Positions 38,450-47,673 of a DNA stretch of 64,000 bases are shown piece after piece. The DNA is taken from positions 30,796 to 94,795 of the IMG/VR virus record IMGVR_UViG_3300032216_000903; one strand, written 5' to 3'. This DNA comes from a virus (lineage: Duplodnaviria > Caudoviricetes). A program made the position numbers and the translations under genes. The notes below the pieces were generated by a model. The model did no database searches. It saw only the letters and a list, made by a program, of their open reading frames with translations, and was not told the origin of the DNA. Every line of letters begins with the position of its first letter. The first letter of the stretch is position 1.

Positions 38450-38926
38450 ATGAACTACACCGAACTGGAACAGAAAATTGGCAAACAGACTGAATCTGAC
38501 TGGCATCAGGCGTCTGGCGGCGGCTGGATTCATAAAGATGCTAAAGTTGAAAACGAAGCAAACATCCGCGACAATGCGATTGTGATGGGAAATGCGCAGG
38601 TCTATGACGATGCGTGGGTCTATGGCGATGCGAAGGTCTCTGGCAATGCGCAGGTCTTTGGCGATGCACAGGTCTTTGACGATGCGAGGGTCTATGGCGA
38701 TGCGTGGGTCTCTGGCAACGCGAGGGTCTATGGCAATGCGAGGGTCTATGGCGATGCGTGGGTCTCTGGCAATGCGTGGGTCTTTGGCGATGCGCAGGTC
38801 TTTGACGATGCGAGGGTCTCTGGCAATGCGCGGGTCTTTGACGATGCGAGGGTCTATGGCAATGCGAAGGTCTCTGGCAATGCAGTGGTCTCTGGCAATG
38901 CGAAGGTCTCTGGCAATAACGAATAA
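38450..38926 (+). CDS. hexapeptide-repeat left-handed beta-helix protein
   Basis: about 18 tandem (G/D)(N/D)Ax V(Y/S/F) repeats encoded by an 18-bp DNA repeat. Confidence 0.85.
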   Translation: MNYTELEQKIGKQTESDWHQASGGGWIHKDAKVENEANIRDNAIVMGNAQVYDDAWVYGDAKVSGNAQVFGDAQVFDDARVYGDAWVSGNARVYGNARVYGDAWVSGNAWVFGDAQVFDDARVSGNARVFDDARVYGNAKVSGNAVVSGNAKVSGNNE

Positions 38927-38945
38927 TCCACTCAGAATCTATATT

Positions 38946-39158
38946 ATGAGCACACCAATCATCGAGAAAGGCTCGATCGTCCTGTATGACGGCAGCCACT
39001 ATCGAGTCACATTTCGAACCGACACGACGGTCAATCTCGGTCACGTCTGGGATCGCGCCAAGATCTGTCACAAGAAGGTGCCGATCGAACTCATCAAGGA
39101 AGACGGCAAGACATTCTATAAGAACTGGGAACAATCGGAATCGTATCAGTGCATGTAA
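38946..39158 (+). CDS. hypothetical protein
   Basis: ORF. Confidence 0.6.
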   Translation: MSTPIIEKGSIVLYDGSHYRVTFRTDTTVNLGHVWDRAKICHKKVPIELIKEDGKTFYKNWEQSESYQCM

Positions 39159-39162
39159 TTTT

Positions 39163-39375
39163 ATGAAAACGTTTAGAACACTATTGGGCATCGCGATCTG
39201 TCTAGGATCGTCGATGATTGGATATCAAATCAATGTGACAGCAGGATCCTCCTGTCCATTCGTATGGGCCGTGATTGACTTCTTCATGTGGCCGCTCGCT
39301 TGGTTCAAGTGGCTCGTGTGTCAACAGGTCAACGTGACTCTCGTCAAGCAGACTTTTGCGGCCCTCTTCAACTAA
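39163..39375 (+). CDS. small membrane protein
   Basis: two hydrophobic segments. Confidence 0.55.
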   Translation: MKTFRTLLGIAICLGSSMIGYQINVTAGSSCPFVWAVIDFFMWPLAWFKWLVCQQVNVTLVKQTFAALFN

Positions 39376-39388
39376 TATAAATCATATC

Positions 39389-40090
39389 ATGCCAACACAC
39401 GCATCTGGAAACCCGTTACCTCAACAGCCTCGTAAGCCGATCTCAGTGATGACATTGGTCCCATCGGGCGATCAAGTCTACTCGCAGTTCGCCTACTTCT
39501 TGGCGATGGCGTCGTCGACGCTGGTCGCACACGGCATCGGAGTCGCTTCGACTTTCGAGACGTCGTCCGTCATCACGATCGCACGTCGTAACCTTGTGAA
39601 TCACTTTCTAAATTCGAACTGTGACTTCGCGTGGTGGATCGACTCGGACATGGCGTTTCCTCCAGACGCAGGCATTCGCCTTCTGAATCGAGGAGTGCCT
39701 ATCGTCGGCGCCAATTATCGTAAGCGCTACTTTCCGAATCCTCACTTTACGGCCATGAACGGAAAGCCGGGAGCCACGACGGAATTCAAGACGACGGACG
39801 ACTCTCCTCCCCTCGAAAAGGTCGACTGCCTTCCGCAGGGAATGATGCTCGTTCATCGCTCCGTGTATGAGAAAGTTCCGGCTCCTCACTACGTCTTCGA
39901 GTACTCGCCTGACCATTCCATCGAGGTCGGCGAAGACTACTACTTCTGCGCCAAAGCTCGTGCAAATGGATTCGACGTATGGTGCGATCAGGAACTCTCT
40001 CGTCAGGTTGCTCACATTGGCGTCTTCAACTACAACTACAACCTCTCTCAGGCCGTCGAAGCCGTGAAGTCGGGAATTGTCAAAGTCTGA
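39389..40090 (+). CDS. GT-A (GT2-like) glycosyltransferase
   Basis: ARRNLV, WIDSD (DxD), GEDYYFC, HIG. Confidence 0.8.
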   Translation: MPTHASGNPLPQQPRKPISVMTLVPSGDQVYSQFAYFLAMASSTLVAHGIGVASTFETSSVITIARRNLVNHFLNSNCDFAWWIDSDMAFPPDAGIRLLNRGVPIVGANYRKRYFPNPHFTAMNGKPGATTEFKTTDDSPPLEKVDCLPQGMMLVHRSVYEKVPAPHYVFEYSPDHSIEVGEDYYFCAKARANGFDVWCDQELSRQVAHIGVFNYNYNLSQAVEAVKSGIVKV

Positions 40091-40102
40091 TACATATACT
40101 GT

Positions 40103-40540
40103 ATGAATCCCACACAACAAAAGCCTACGCTCGTATTCGAAATGCTGGATCAGGTCCAGCGTGAACCCAACTACCAAGCGCGAGCCGTCAAGCTCAGACA
40201 GCTTCGCTGCTTTGAATTGAATACGGTGCTGCAGATCAACTATCGACCGGACGTGAAGCTCGACCTGCCAGAGGGAGTTCCTAACTTTCAAAAAGACAAC
40301 GGAGATCCGGACATGTCGATGGCTCGCACTCGCAACGTGATTCGAGAATTTGCTGAATTGGGCGTGAACAATCGTCAGATGAATCAGGCTCAGAAACTCA
40401 AAAAATTCGTGAGCATCCTCGAGTCGCTAAATGAACGCGAGGCAGAGGTGTTCGTCTTGGCCAAAGATCGTAAGCTCCAGTCGAGGTGGCCGGCCCTCAA
40501 TCTGCCGCTGGTCCGCGACGCGATTCCGGGTATCGTATGA
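40103..40540 (+). CDS. conserved T4-like hypothetical protein
   Basis: LPEG.P, F.SILESL...EAE...KD pattern. Confidence 0.7.
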   Translation: MNPTQQKPTLVFEMLDQVQREPNYQARAVKLRQLRCFELNTVLQINYRPDVKLDLPEGVPNFQKDNGDPDMSMARTRNVIREFAELGVNNRQMNQAQKLKKFVSILESLNEREAEVFVLAKDRKLQSRWPALNLPLVRDAIPGIV

Positions 40541-40743
40541 ACGGAGAAGAGATCACACAGGGTTCGCTGTGGACACACAATAAATCTAAGCCCAAAAAGG
40601 TGTACTGCGTCCTCGAGTCGACCTATGAGGGAGTCGTCGCTACGACCTCGATCGACGTGAGTACGGACAAGGCAGACTCGTTCATTTGGCTCTCGCCAGT
40701 CGAAGAATTTCTGGCGGCCTTTACTCCCCTCAAAACAAAATGA
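40537..40743 (+). CDS. hypothetical protein
   Basis: ATGA-coupled ORF. Confidence 0.55.
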   Translation: MNGEEITQGSLWTHNKSKPKKVYCVLESTYEGVVATTSIDVSTDKADSFIWLSPVEEFLAAFTPLKTK

Positions 40744-41276
40744 AAGACTCAATCAAGCAGATCAAAGTTAAAGACGAATCGTTGATCACCGGCATCCGCG
40801 CGACGTACTACAACGTGAAGTATGGCCTTCGTAGCATGATTCCATATAAGATTCGAAACAAGTGGAATGCAGTGTGCTACTGGATCAATCCTCGCAATCG
40901 CTGGGCGACCGACGTGATTCCGAATCATTGGTCGGATAAGACCTACTTGATTCCTCAGTTTCTATTTGCGGCCATCATTCACTTCGTTGACGGCGAGAAA
41001 GCCCTCGAGACGACCGTGTGGCCCAAGAAGAAGGAGAAGGAACTCCTCGAGGCATACGCTTGGGCGAAGATGGGTCGTAAAGAATTTCAAGACAAGATCG
41101 ATAAAGCCTATCCCGAGATTCCTAAAAATGCTGACGCCCTCGACTGGATGAATAGTCGCAAGGAAACCTTCGAGGAACTATACGGCGAAGTCAATAGGCT
41201 CGAAGCCGAGCTCGAAAAGATCGACACGAAGCACCTGACTTGGATCGTAAAGAACCGTCAGATCCTCTGGTCGTAA
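40740..41276 (+). CDS. hypothetical protein
   Basis: ATGA-coupled ORF. Confidence 0.7.
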   Translation: MKDSIKQIKVKDESLITGIRATYYNVKYGLRSMIPYKIRNKWNAVCYWINPRNRWATDVIPNHWSDKTYLIPQFLFAAIIHFVDGEKALETTVWPKKKEKELLEAYAWAKMGRKEFQDKIDKAYPEIPKNADALDWMNSRKETFEELYGEVNRLEAELEKIDTKHLTWIVKNRQILWS

Positions 41277-41326
41277 TTTGGTGATTTACCTTTGATCGGA
41301 TCATGTTACTATGATCAACATACATT

Positions 41327-41893
41327 ATGAACATATTCACACTCGACAATGATCCTAAAATCGCGGCTCAGATGCATTGCGATAAGCACGTGGTAAAAAT
41401 GATCGTCGAAGCGGCGCAGATGCTTTCGACGGCCCATCGCATGCTCGACGGCTTTCAGACGACGGAGGCACGCACGCTCGAGTCCGGTAGGGTCAAGACC
41501 GTCAAGGTGTGGAAACATATCGAGTCGGACCTCGACGCGGTGCTCTATCAGACCACGCATCCGAGTCATCCGTCCAACCTCTGGACTCGTCAGACTCGAG
41601 AGAACTACAAGTGGCACTACGAGCTCTTCTGTGCCCTCTGCGACGAGTACACTCATCGCTACGGCAAGGTGCATGCCACGGACACCAAGCTCCGATCGAT
41701 CCTCGGTCAGTTCCCCATCAAGCTTCAGGACGGTCCACTCATGCCCTTCCCTCTGGCAATGAAGTCGAATCCCGAGTGCATGGACGCCAACGATCCGGTC
41801 GGATCCTATCGTAAGTTCTATCAGACCAAACAAGCTCGATTCAAGATGAAGTGGACCAATCGCGAGGTGCCAAATTGGTTCGTGCATAAATGA
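41327..41893 (+). CDS. pyrimidine-dimer DNA glycosylase/endonuclease V-like protein
   Basis: MNIF.LD..P...A..HCDKHVVKM..E.AQML; HP...W; EY..RYGK.H. Confidence 0.75.
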   Translation: MNIFTLDNDPKIAAQMHCDKHVVKMIVEAAQMLSTAHRMLDGFQTTEARTLESGRVKTVKVWKHIESDLDAVLYQTTHPSHPSNLWTRQTRENYKWHYELFCALCDEYTHRYGKVHATDTKLRSILGQFPIKLQDGPLMPFPLAMKSNPECMDANDPVGSYRKFYQTKQARFKMKWTNREVPNWFVHK

Positions 41894-41897
41894 TTAT

Positions 41898-42155
41898 ATG
41901 ACTTACAACTACCACTGCGCCGCCTGTGGCAAGAACTTTGAAAAGAATATCTCCATCGACGACCGCGATAAACCGGCAAATAAGCCGTGTCCAGCGTGTC
42001 ATAAGAAGGGCAAGGTCGCTCGTGTCTTTCAGGCACCAGCCCTTTCATATGAGGGTGCCGTCTCGGATATCAAGCGGGCAGGCTCAGGATGGAACGATGT
42101 ACTCAAGAGGATTGATAAATACGCTGGAAAGAGGTCGAAGGTTGACCACTACTAA
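41898..42155 (+). CDS. FmdB-family zinc-ribbon protein
   Basis: YNYHCAAC...CPAC. Confidence 0.8.
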   Translation: MTYNYHCAACGKNFEKNISIDDRDKPANKPCPACHKKGKVARVFQAPALSYEGAVSDIKRAGSGWNDVLKRIDKYAGKRSKVDHY

Positions 42156-42159
42156 GCGT

Positions 42160-42900
42160 ATGTCAAAAAAGAAAGCCCGTAAAAATCCAAAGAATCATCC
42201 GGTCGAGGCATTCAAATCCGTTGACGCCCCCAAGGCAGCTGCACTTGGATCGATGCAGCAAGTGGCTCCGATAACTCGGACACAGGAACAGGTGTTCGCC
42301 GCATACGAAAAGGAGTTCAATCTGGCGCTGTCCGGATCTCCCGGATGCGGCAAGACGTATCTGGCTCTGGCGCTGGCCCTCAAGGAGGTCATCGCGTCCA
42401 ACTTCAAGAAGCGAATCATCATCATTCGTTCTGTGGTTCCCACTCGCGACATGGGATTCCTTCCGGGATCTCAGGAGGACAAGGAAGCGGCCTACATCAC
42501 TCCTTACTCCGATGCCGTGAACGAGCTCTTTCGAGACTCGACGGCATGGAAGAAGCTGACCGAACGCGGAGCGATCGAGTTCATGACGACCTCGTTCATT
42601 CGCGGCATCACGCTTCGCCGAGCCATCGTCATCGCCGACGAGTTTCAGAACTGCAACGAGCACGAGCTGGATTCCATCATCACTCGCCTCGGCAATCACT
42701 CCCGCATCATCTTCACCGGCGACTACTATCAATCCGACTTCGAGAGGGATCGGGACCGCGTCGGCATCCTGAACTTTCTCAAGATCATCGATCGAATGAA
42801 GTCCTTCAAGCACATCGAATTCACGTGGGAAGACTGCGTGCGATCTCCCTTGGTCAAGGAATACCTGATGATCAAGGAAGAACTCTCGAAGAGTAAATAG
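42160..42900 (+). CDS. phoH: PhoH-like ATPase
   Basis: GSPGCGKT, GFLPG, FIRGIT, DEFQN, TRLG, GD..QSD. Confidence 0.93.
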   Translation: MSKKKARKNPKNHPVEAFKSVDAPKAAALGSMQQVAPITRTQEQVFAAYEKEFNLALSGSPGCGKTYLALALALKEVIASNFKKRIIIIRSVVPTRDMGFLPGSQEDKEAAYITPYSDAVNELFRDSTAWKKLTERGAIEFMTTSFIRGITLRRAIVIADEFQNCNEHELDSIITRLGNHSRIIFTGDYYQSDFERDRDRVGILNFLKIIDRMKSFKHIEFTWEDCVRSPLVKEYLMIKEELSKSK

Positions 42901-42919
42901 TCAGCCGTCCCTCTATATT

Positions 42920-43633
42920 ATGTCATTCAAACTTGAAACGCAGATACACCGCGAGAAGACGTTCGTCCATCAGGCCGTCGACCTCGGCTACGACGATTTG
43001 CCTACGATCGAAGTGAACGGCCGTCGTCAGTACGTCCTGCCAGACGGTCGATCCTTCCCCTCGATCACTACCGTGCTCGGTCACGGCAAGAACAGCGTCA
43101 TCGAAGCGTGGAAGCGTCGAGTCGGAGCCGAGGAAGCCGAGCGAGTCTCTCGCGTCGCCTGCGCTCGCGGCACATCCCTTCATACCCTCGTGGAACGATA
43201 CATCGCCAATGAAGAGAACGTCCTGATCGGCGACGAGATGCCAGACGCGATCGGAATGTTCCGTGCACTCGTGCCACAGATAAATAGTCGCATCGGGAGT
43301 GTTTATCTGCAGGAGAAACCTCTCTACTCGACTCACTTGAGAGTCGCTGGACGAACTGACTTGATAGCGGAATTTGATGGAAGATTGGCCGTCATCGATA
43401 TTAAATCTTCCAGTCGCGTCAAGTCAAAGCGGGATATCAAGAACTACTTCATGCAGGAAGCGGCCTACGCTATCATGTTTGAAGAGAGGACTGGCATTCC
43501 GGTGGATCGCCTGGTGACGCTCATGGCCGTGTCCGGCCGGAGCGAGCCCCTCGTCTTTGTCGAGAAGAGGGACGACTGGACTGACGGCTTAATCAAAACG
43601 ATCCATGAATACGAAGAAGCACACGGCTCCTAA
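42920..43633 (+). CDS. PD-(D/E)XK exonuclease (Cas4/RecB-like)
   Basis: PSITTVL, RGT..H, AGRTD, IDIKSS, Q.AAY. Confidence 0.85.
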   Translation: MSFKLETQIHREKTFVHQAVDLGYDDLPTIEVNGRRQYVLPDGRSFPSITTVLGHGKNSVIEAWKRRVGAEEAERVSRVACARGTSLHTLVERYIANEENVLIGDEMPDAIGMFRALVPQINSRIGSVYLQEKPLYSTHLRVAGRTDLIAEFDGRLAVIDIKSSSRVKSKRDIKNYFMQEAAYAIMFEERTGIPVDRLVTLMAVSGRSEPLVFVEKRDDWTDGLIKTIHEYEEAHGS

Positions 43634-44237
43634 AGCCGACCTCGATCTCTCTGAACTCCTTCCCAGCAAGACTGGTCGCAAACCCGCATTCACGGAACGA
43701 AATCAAGGACGAGTCCTCGACTTCTACATCCTCGGCGAGATCGAGTCTCCAGAGGAATACGCGGAGTGGTACGACATGATTCGCAACTGCGGATCGTCCG
43801 ACATCGTCCGCATTCACTTCAATTCGTTTGGCGGCGACCTCTTCACGGCCATTCAGTTCATGCGAGTCCTTCGTGAGTGTCAAGGACTCGTCATCGGATC
43901 CGTCGAGGGAGCCTGCATGTCCGCTGCGACCCTCATCTTTCTGGCATGCGACTCATATGAAGTCTCGGCCCATACGTCCTTCATGATTCACAACTATTCC
44001 GGCGGCGCCTTCGGCAAGGGCGGCGAGATGATGGATCAGCTCACCTTTGAGTCCAAGTGGTCCGAGACGCTGTTCAAGGACGCTTACACGGACTTTCTCA
44101 GCGCTCAGGAGATCAAAGACATCCTCAAGGGGCAAGACCTATGGTTGTCAGCGGATCAGGTAATTGAGCGCCTCAATGCGCGGCAGGAGCTCCGAAAGGC
44201 CTCCGAGGAGGCAGCCAAGGCTGAGAAACCGGCCTAA
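43605..44237 (+). CDS. clpP: ClpP-like serine protease
   Basis: NSFGG, CMSAAT, FMIH, DLWL. Confidence 0.85.
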   Translation: MNTKKHTAPKADLDLSELLPSKTGRKPAFTERNQGRVLDFYILGEIESPEEYAEWYDMIRNCGSSDIVRIHFNSFGGDLFTAIQFMRVLRECQGLVIGSVEGACMSAATLIFLACDSYEVSAHTSFMIHNYSGGAFGKGGEMMDQLTFESKWSETLFKDAYTDFLSAQEIKDILKGQDLWLSADQVIERLNARQELRKASEEAAKAEKPA

Positions 44238-44327
44238 ACTCACGCAAGTCGTTGATATTCAACGCGAAAATAGTTTCATTTTTTTGTTTACATCTACGAA
44301 GTTCTGGTGTATTATTATACCAGAATG
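44238..44327 (+). promoter_or_regulatory. repeated early promoter cassette, copy 4
   Basis: gcaagtcgttgatattcaacg...GTTTACA...TATTAT..cagaATG. Confidence 0.85.
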
Positions 44328-44651
44328 AAGAACGACAACAAATCAAAACGGTCAACGGCTTATCGATTTACGATCGATATGGCCTCTGAGTCTGATAAAC
44401 TTCGTCTCAAAGCCCTTCGGGCCGCCACGGTGCTCAAGAACAAGTTGCGCGCCGACCGCTCCTTCCGTCTCGAGGTAGCCGTCAAGCCTCGCCTCGGCGT
44501 CGGCTCGAAATTCAAGGCCCTTTATGGTCGCGGCGGTCCCTTCTGGGGCGATTCCCGTCGGGGCAATTACAAGATGGAACATGCGACACGGGCAGATGTG
44601 TATGTGTACTCCCGTCAAGTCAATCCTTGGAGCAATCTGATCGGCTTCTGA
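44325..44651 (+). CDS. early basic hypothetical protein (paralog of 46141-46407)
   Basis: shared AYRFT.D, KPRLG and R.DVY. Confidence 0.7.
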   Translation: MKNDNKSKRSTAYRFTIDMASESDKLRLKALRAATVLKNKLRADRSFRLEVAVKPRLGVGSKFKALYGRGGPFWGDSRRGNYKMEHATRADVYVYSRQVNPWSNLIGF

Positions 44652-44658
44652 GATCATT

Positions 44659-45084
44659 ATGTACTACGAAGAAAACTACACGCAGGTGTTTGACGACGTG
44701 GATCCGGCTGAGATGGAAGGATCTACGACCTACGAGGTCGAAGTCCGATATCCGAGTCAGCAGTCGATCTTTTTGAAGATGACGGCCATGAGTCCGGAAC
44801 ACGCCCTCGAGCGGATATTCGCTCAGTTCAATGCCGGATCCGGTCAGGAATGCTGGCAGTTTACGAACGCCAAGGTGCGCTCCCTCTCGGTCCACGACTT
44901 CGTTCGAATCGATCGGCAGTGGTATCAGTGCGCGTCGGTCGGCTGGAAGAAAGCGACGCTAAAGGACCTGCAAGACCTCGAGGACGCGGTCGACGAGGAG
45001 ATGAAGAAGCAGCCCTCGTATCAGCGGTCCGCTTGGGCGGCCATTCAGGAGGTCATGTGGCAGAAGCGCAAAGCGCTCGCCTGA
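44659..45084 (+). CDS. hypothetical protein (RSLSV.D.V motif)
   Basis: ORF. Confidence 0.7.
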   Translation: MYYEENYTQVFDDVDPAEMEGSTTYEVEVRYPSQQSIFLKMTAMSPEHALERIFAQFNAGSGQECWQFTNAKVRSLSVHDFVRIDRQWYQCASVGWKKATLKDLQDLEDAVDEEMKKQPSYQRSAWAAIQEVMWQKRKALA

Positions 45085-45094
45085 TCTAAGAATT

Positions 45095-45204
45095 TGTTGG
45101 TTGAGAGTCTGAATCAAGTGCCGTTAGCTCAATTAGAGCCGTCTGTTTATTCAGCGAGATTGCGTGAAAATCGCAGCGTCACAAAACGACAAACTCAACC
45201 AACA
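45095..45204 (+). ncRNA. structured RNA with tRNA-like interior
   Basis: 11-bp closing helix tgttggttgag/ctcaaccaaca; D-arm-like gctc-aatta-gagc; T-arm-like tgcg-tgaaaat-cgca. Confidence 0.5.
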
Positions 45205-45211
45205 TTCAATT

Positions 45212-45345
45212 TTGTTGCTTAAGAGCCAGCATTAAGACAATGAGGGCACAAGGGAAAGTTCTTAGGCGAGTGTTGGCCACGCTTGTAACTGAACAAGGCC
45301 CCTGAGTGAGCGACCTGATTCTTAATGTTGGCTTTTAAGCAATAA
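45212..45345 (+). ncRNA. long-hairpin structured RNA
   Basis: 26-bp terminal helix whose three mismatches are all G-U on the + strand; nested inner stems. Confidence 0.6.
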
Positions 45346-45451
45346 TTTATTCTCAAAAATTTGTATCGTAATTTAGTCCTTTTAATTTCAATCCGTCGTG
45401 GTAGAGTGTACCAGTGACGTTGAAAAGCAACAGCACAGCAACAATTAAATC

Positions 45452-45802
45452 ATGAAAACCAACAGCACGCCCGTGGCCGTCAAGCCGGCACAAACCGCAA
45501 TCGCAACTCCTGCTCCCGTGAAGATCACCAAGTCTCAACGGCCGACCGAGAAGGTCCTGACCCGCGTACACGAGATGTCCGCCGAGAAAGCCGTGAAGTG
45601 GCTCAACAAGACCTCGCGCACCATCGCGAATCACTACGACGTTGCGGCCAAGCAACGTAAATGCACGGAAGCCTACTGGAACGGCCTCATGAATCGCTAC
45701 GAAGCGCTGAGCAAGCAGGCTCAGACTCAGAAGGCGTGGGAGTCGTATTGCAAGTCGATCAATAAGCCCGTGGATCACACCGGCGTGGCGTTCATCGCCT
45801 AG
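45452..45802 (+). CDS. hypothetical protein
   Basis: ORF followed by a hairpin at about 45810-45838. Confidence 0.7.
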   Translation: MKTNSTPVAVKPAQTAIATPAPVKITKSQRPTEKVLTRVHEMSAEKAVKWLNKTSRTIANHYDVAAKQRKCTEAYWNGLMNRYEALSKQAQTQKAWESYCKSINKPVDHTGVAFIA

Positions 45803-45858
45803 TCAATCGGGGGCGGTTGACGACCTCAGCCGCTCCCTTCACTTTCATAAATAAGATC

Positions 45859-46116
45859 ATGGCAACCACTAAATGCACATACTGCGATCAGCCCCTCTAC
45901 GGCTATTCATGTCCGTTCTCGCCGAACAAACGTCATCGTCATTCGGCCGACGTGAACGCGTGCATCTGGTGCGGCAATAAGTCCTATGGTCGCAACTGCC
46001 CGTTCTCTCCGATGAGCGTCCACGAACACGGTCACGGTAAGGGCTGCATCTGGTGCGGAATCAAGTCGAAGGGCAAGAACTGTCCCTATTCTCCGACCGG
46101 CTGGCACGAGTCGTAA
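45859..46116 (+). CDS. Cys/His-rich triple-repeat protein (CxxCG...G..CPxSP...H)
   Basis: three repeats; CATAAATA upstream. Confidence 0.7.
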   Translation: MATTKCTYCDQPLYGYSCPFSPNKRHRHSADVNACIWCGNKSYGRNCPFSPMSVHEHGHGKGCIWCGIKSKGKNCPYSPTGWHES

Positions 46117-46140
46117 GCAACAATTGAAATATACTATATC

Positions 46141-46407
46141 ATGAACAATCACAGATCCAAAGCATATCGGTTTACATTTGACGCGCAGGACTTCAACGGC
46201 TGGGAACGCCTGGCCAAGTTTCGCGAGACGATCAAGGCCAACAATCAAATCCTTCGAGACGTCGGCGCTCGAACCCTTCGAGTCTGCATTAAGCCTCGAC
46301 TCGGCAAGAAGAATCCGTTCGCTCGTCAGTACCGCGCCCATCGTGGCTTCTACACGGTCAAGTTGATTCATGGACAGCGAATCGACGTGTACCTTCACAA
46401 GCGCTAA
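46141..46407 (+). CDS. basic hypothetical protein (paralog of 44325-44651)
   Basis: shared motifs. Confidence 0.7.
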   Translation: MNNHRSKAYRFTFDAQDFNGWERLAKFRETIKANNQILRDVGARTLRVCIKPRLGKKNPFARQYRAHRGFYTVKLIHGQRIDVYLHKR

Positions 46408-46409
46408 TC

Positions 46410-46778
46410 ATGTCGGCTAAAAATACAATGTCGCTCGAGTGGGAGCAGTCGTACGTCTTGATGCTGAAGCGAGGATTCCTCGTGCCGCTCAACCTCGACG
46501 AGCGACCGAATCCGGCCGAGTGGACATGGACCGAGAGGGCCAAGCGAGGAGTGAACGACTACGTGTCGACGGCAGCGAGTCCTACGCGGCTCCATCACTT
46601 CTCGCCCTCGACCAAGACGTGGTACTCGACGGACCGTCCGCCGTACATTCCACAGACACTCGACATCGAGCCGAGAAAGGTAAAATCGACAAGGGAAAAA
46701 GCCCCCGAGCCGATTCAGATCAACGAGTCAGTCGAGAGTCCAGTGGCGTTCTCATCCATCGAAACATTTTTCCAATAG
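46410..46778 (+). CDS. hypothetical protein
   Basis: ORF. Confidence 0.6.
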   Translation: MSAKNTMSLEWEQSYVLMLKRGFLVPLNLDERPNPAEWTWTERAKRGVNDYVSTAASPTRLHHFSPSTKTWYSTDRPPYIPQTLDIEPRKVKSTREKAPEPIQINESVESPVAFSSIETFFQ

Positions 46779-46782
46779 ACAT

Positions 46783-46986
46783 ATGATGAACTACAAAGAC
46801 ATGACGTTCTGCTCCGGTGCAGGATGTTCCAAATTCAACACGTGCCCTCGAGCCCTGACGGAACGAGTGCTCACGGAAGCGACCAAGTGGTGGGGCGGAC
46901 CAGACGCTCCGATCGCTCGCTTCGAGGATCCGACTAAGCTCGAGTGCTATGCCGGACCGAAGCAGAAGGTGTTCCTCCGCGAATAG
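46783..46986 (+). CDS. small Cys-rich hypothetical protein
   Basis: KDMTFC...C....C.R. Confidence 0.65.
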   Translation: MMNYKDMTFCSGAGCSKFNTCPRALTERVLTEATKWWGGPDAPIARFEDPTKLECYAGPKQKVFLRE

Positions 46987-46993
46987 ATATAAC

Positions 46994-47182
46994 ATGAGCA
47001 TGATCAATGAACACGGTGACACGGCAGTATTTGACATGATCGACCTCGATACGATGAAGGTCCTGTCACCGGGACACGTGCTCACGAAGCGAGAAGCCGA
47101 TGCGAAGAATCAAGGACTCAGCCTGAACGGCACGAGTCTGAGATACGTGAATCGTTTTGAGAGTGACATTTTGCCAGTTTAG
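46994..47182 (+). CDS. hypothetical protein
   Basis: ORF whose stop lies inside tRNA-Thr. Confidence 0.55.
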   Translation: MSMINEHGDTAVFDMIDLDTMKVLSPGHVLTKREADAKNQGLSLNGTSLRYVNRFESDILPV

Positions 47183-47249
47183 CTCAGTTGGTAGTAGCGA
47201 CGCTTTCGTAAAGCGTAGGTCGTCAGTTCGATTCTGACAACTGGCTCCA
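47173..47249 (+). tRNA. tRNA-Thr (CGT)
   Basis: acceptor gccagtt/aactggc, anticodon arm acgct-ttCGTaa-agcgt, T arm gtcag-ttcgatt-ctgac, CCA. Confidence 0.95.
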
Positions 47250-47252
47250 AAT

Positions 47253-47585
47253 TATCTCATCTGCCAGGTTGCAGAAAGAGTTGGGCCTCTGCATTGCAAG
47301 GCCTCTATTTTATCTCACGTACCAAGTGTACGAGGAGTTACAGAGTCGTCAAGTGGCGGCTCCAGCCCTAGGTGAAGACCTATGCTACGACATTGCGATT
47401 GTAGCGCAAATCCACTAATCCTGTTAATTTAGCCGCGGTTAAGTTAACAGGTACCAATTTTGCCGGACAGCAATCTCCACGATCCTTGGGTACAACTCAT
47501 GGGAGACTGAATGGCATGCCTCGGTGAGTTCAGTGACTGTAGCCTCCGTAAGGCGGTCGCGAGATGCCAGGAGCTGGTAAGAGAT
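47253..47585 (+). ncRNA. array of structured RNA modules downstream of tRNA-Thr
   Basis: many helices with G-U pairs; duplicated motif with compensatory changes; no long ORF. Confidence 0.55.
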
Positions 47586-47673
47586 CATGATGAGCTACAG
47601 CAAAATTCATGACTCAAGCCCAGCGGAATCGAAAGACGCCGACATGGAATAAGCACCGAGGCAACACTTTAAT

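Noticed and set aside
38580-38920. CRISPR or diversity-generating retroelement
   Set aside because: In-frame 18-bp coding repeats without spacers; no reverse transcriptase or TR/VR pair in the window
42920-43633. Cas4 as part of a CRISPR system
   Set aside because: This is the usual T4-like-phage exonuclease next to phoH; no cas genes or array nearby
45118-45182. Functional ochre-suppressor tRNA (tta in loop)
   Set aside because: Irregular anticodon arm, non-canonical T loop and no CCA; TAA is used normally as a stop throughout the window
47253-47600. tmRNA, RNase P RNA or group I intron
   Set aside because: No tRNA-Ala-like ends, no GAGGAAAGTCC, no recognisable P7 core and no interrupted gene
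47586-47640. Hammerhead ribozyme (atgatgag...cgaaa)
   Set aside because: The core reads ATGATGA rather than CTGATGA, and the required stems are absent
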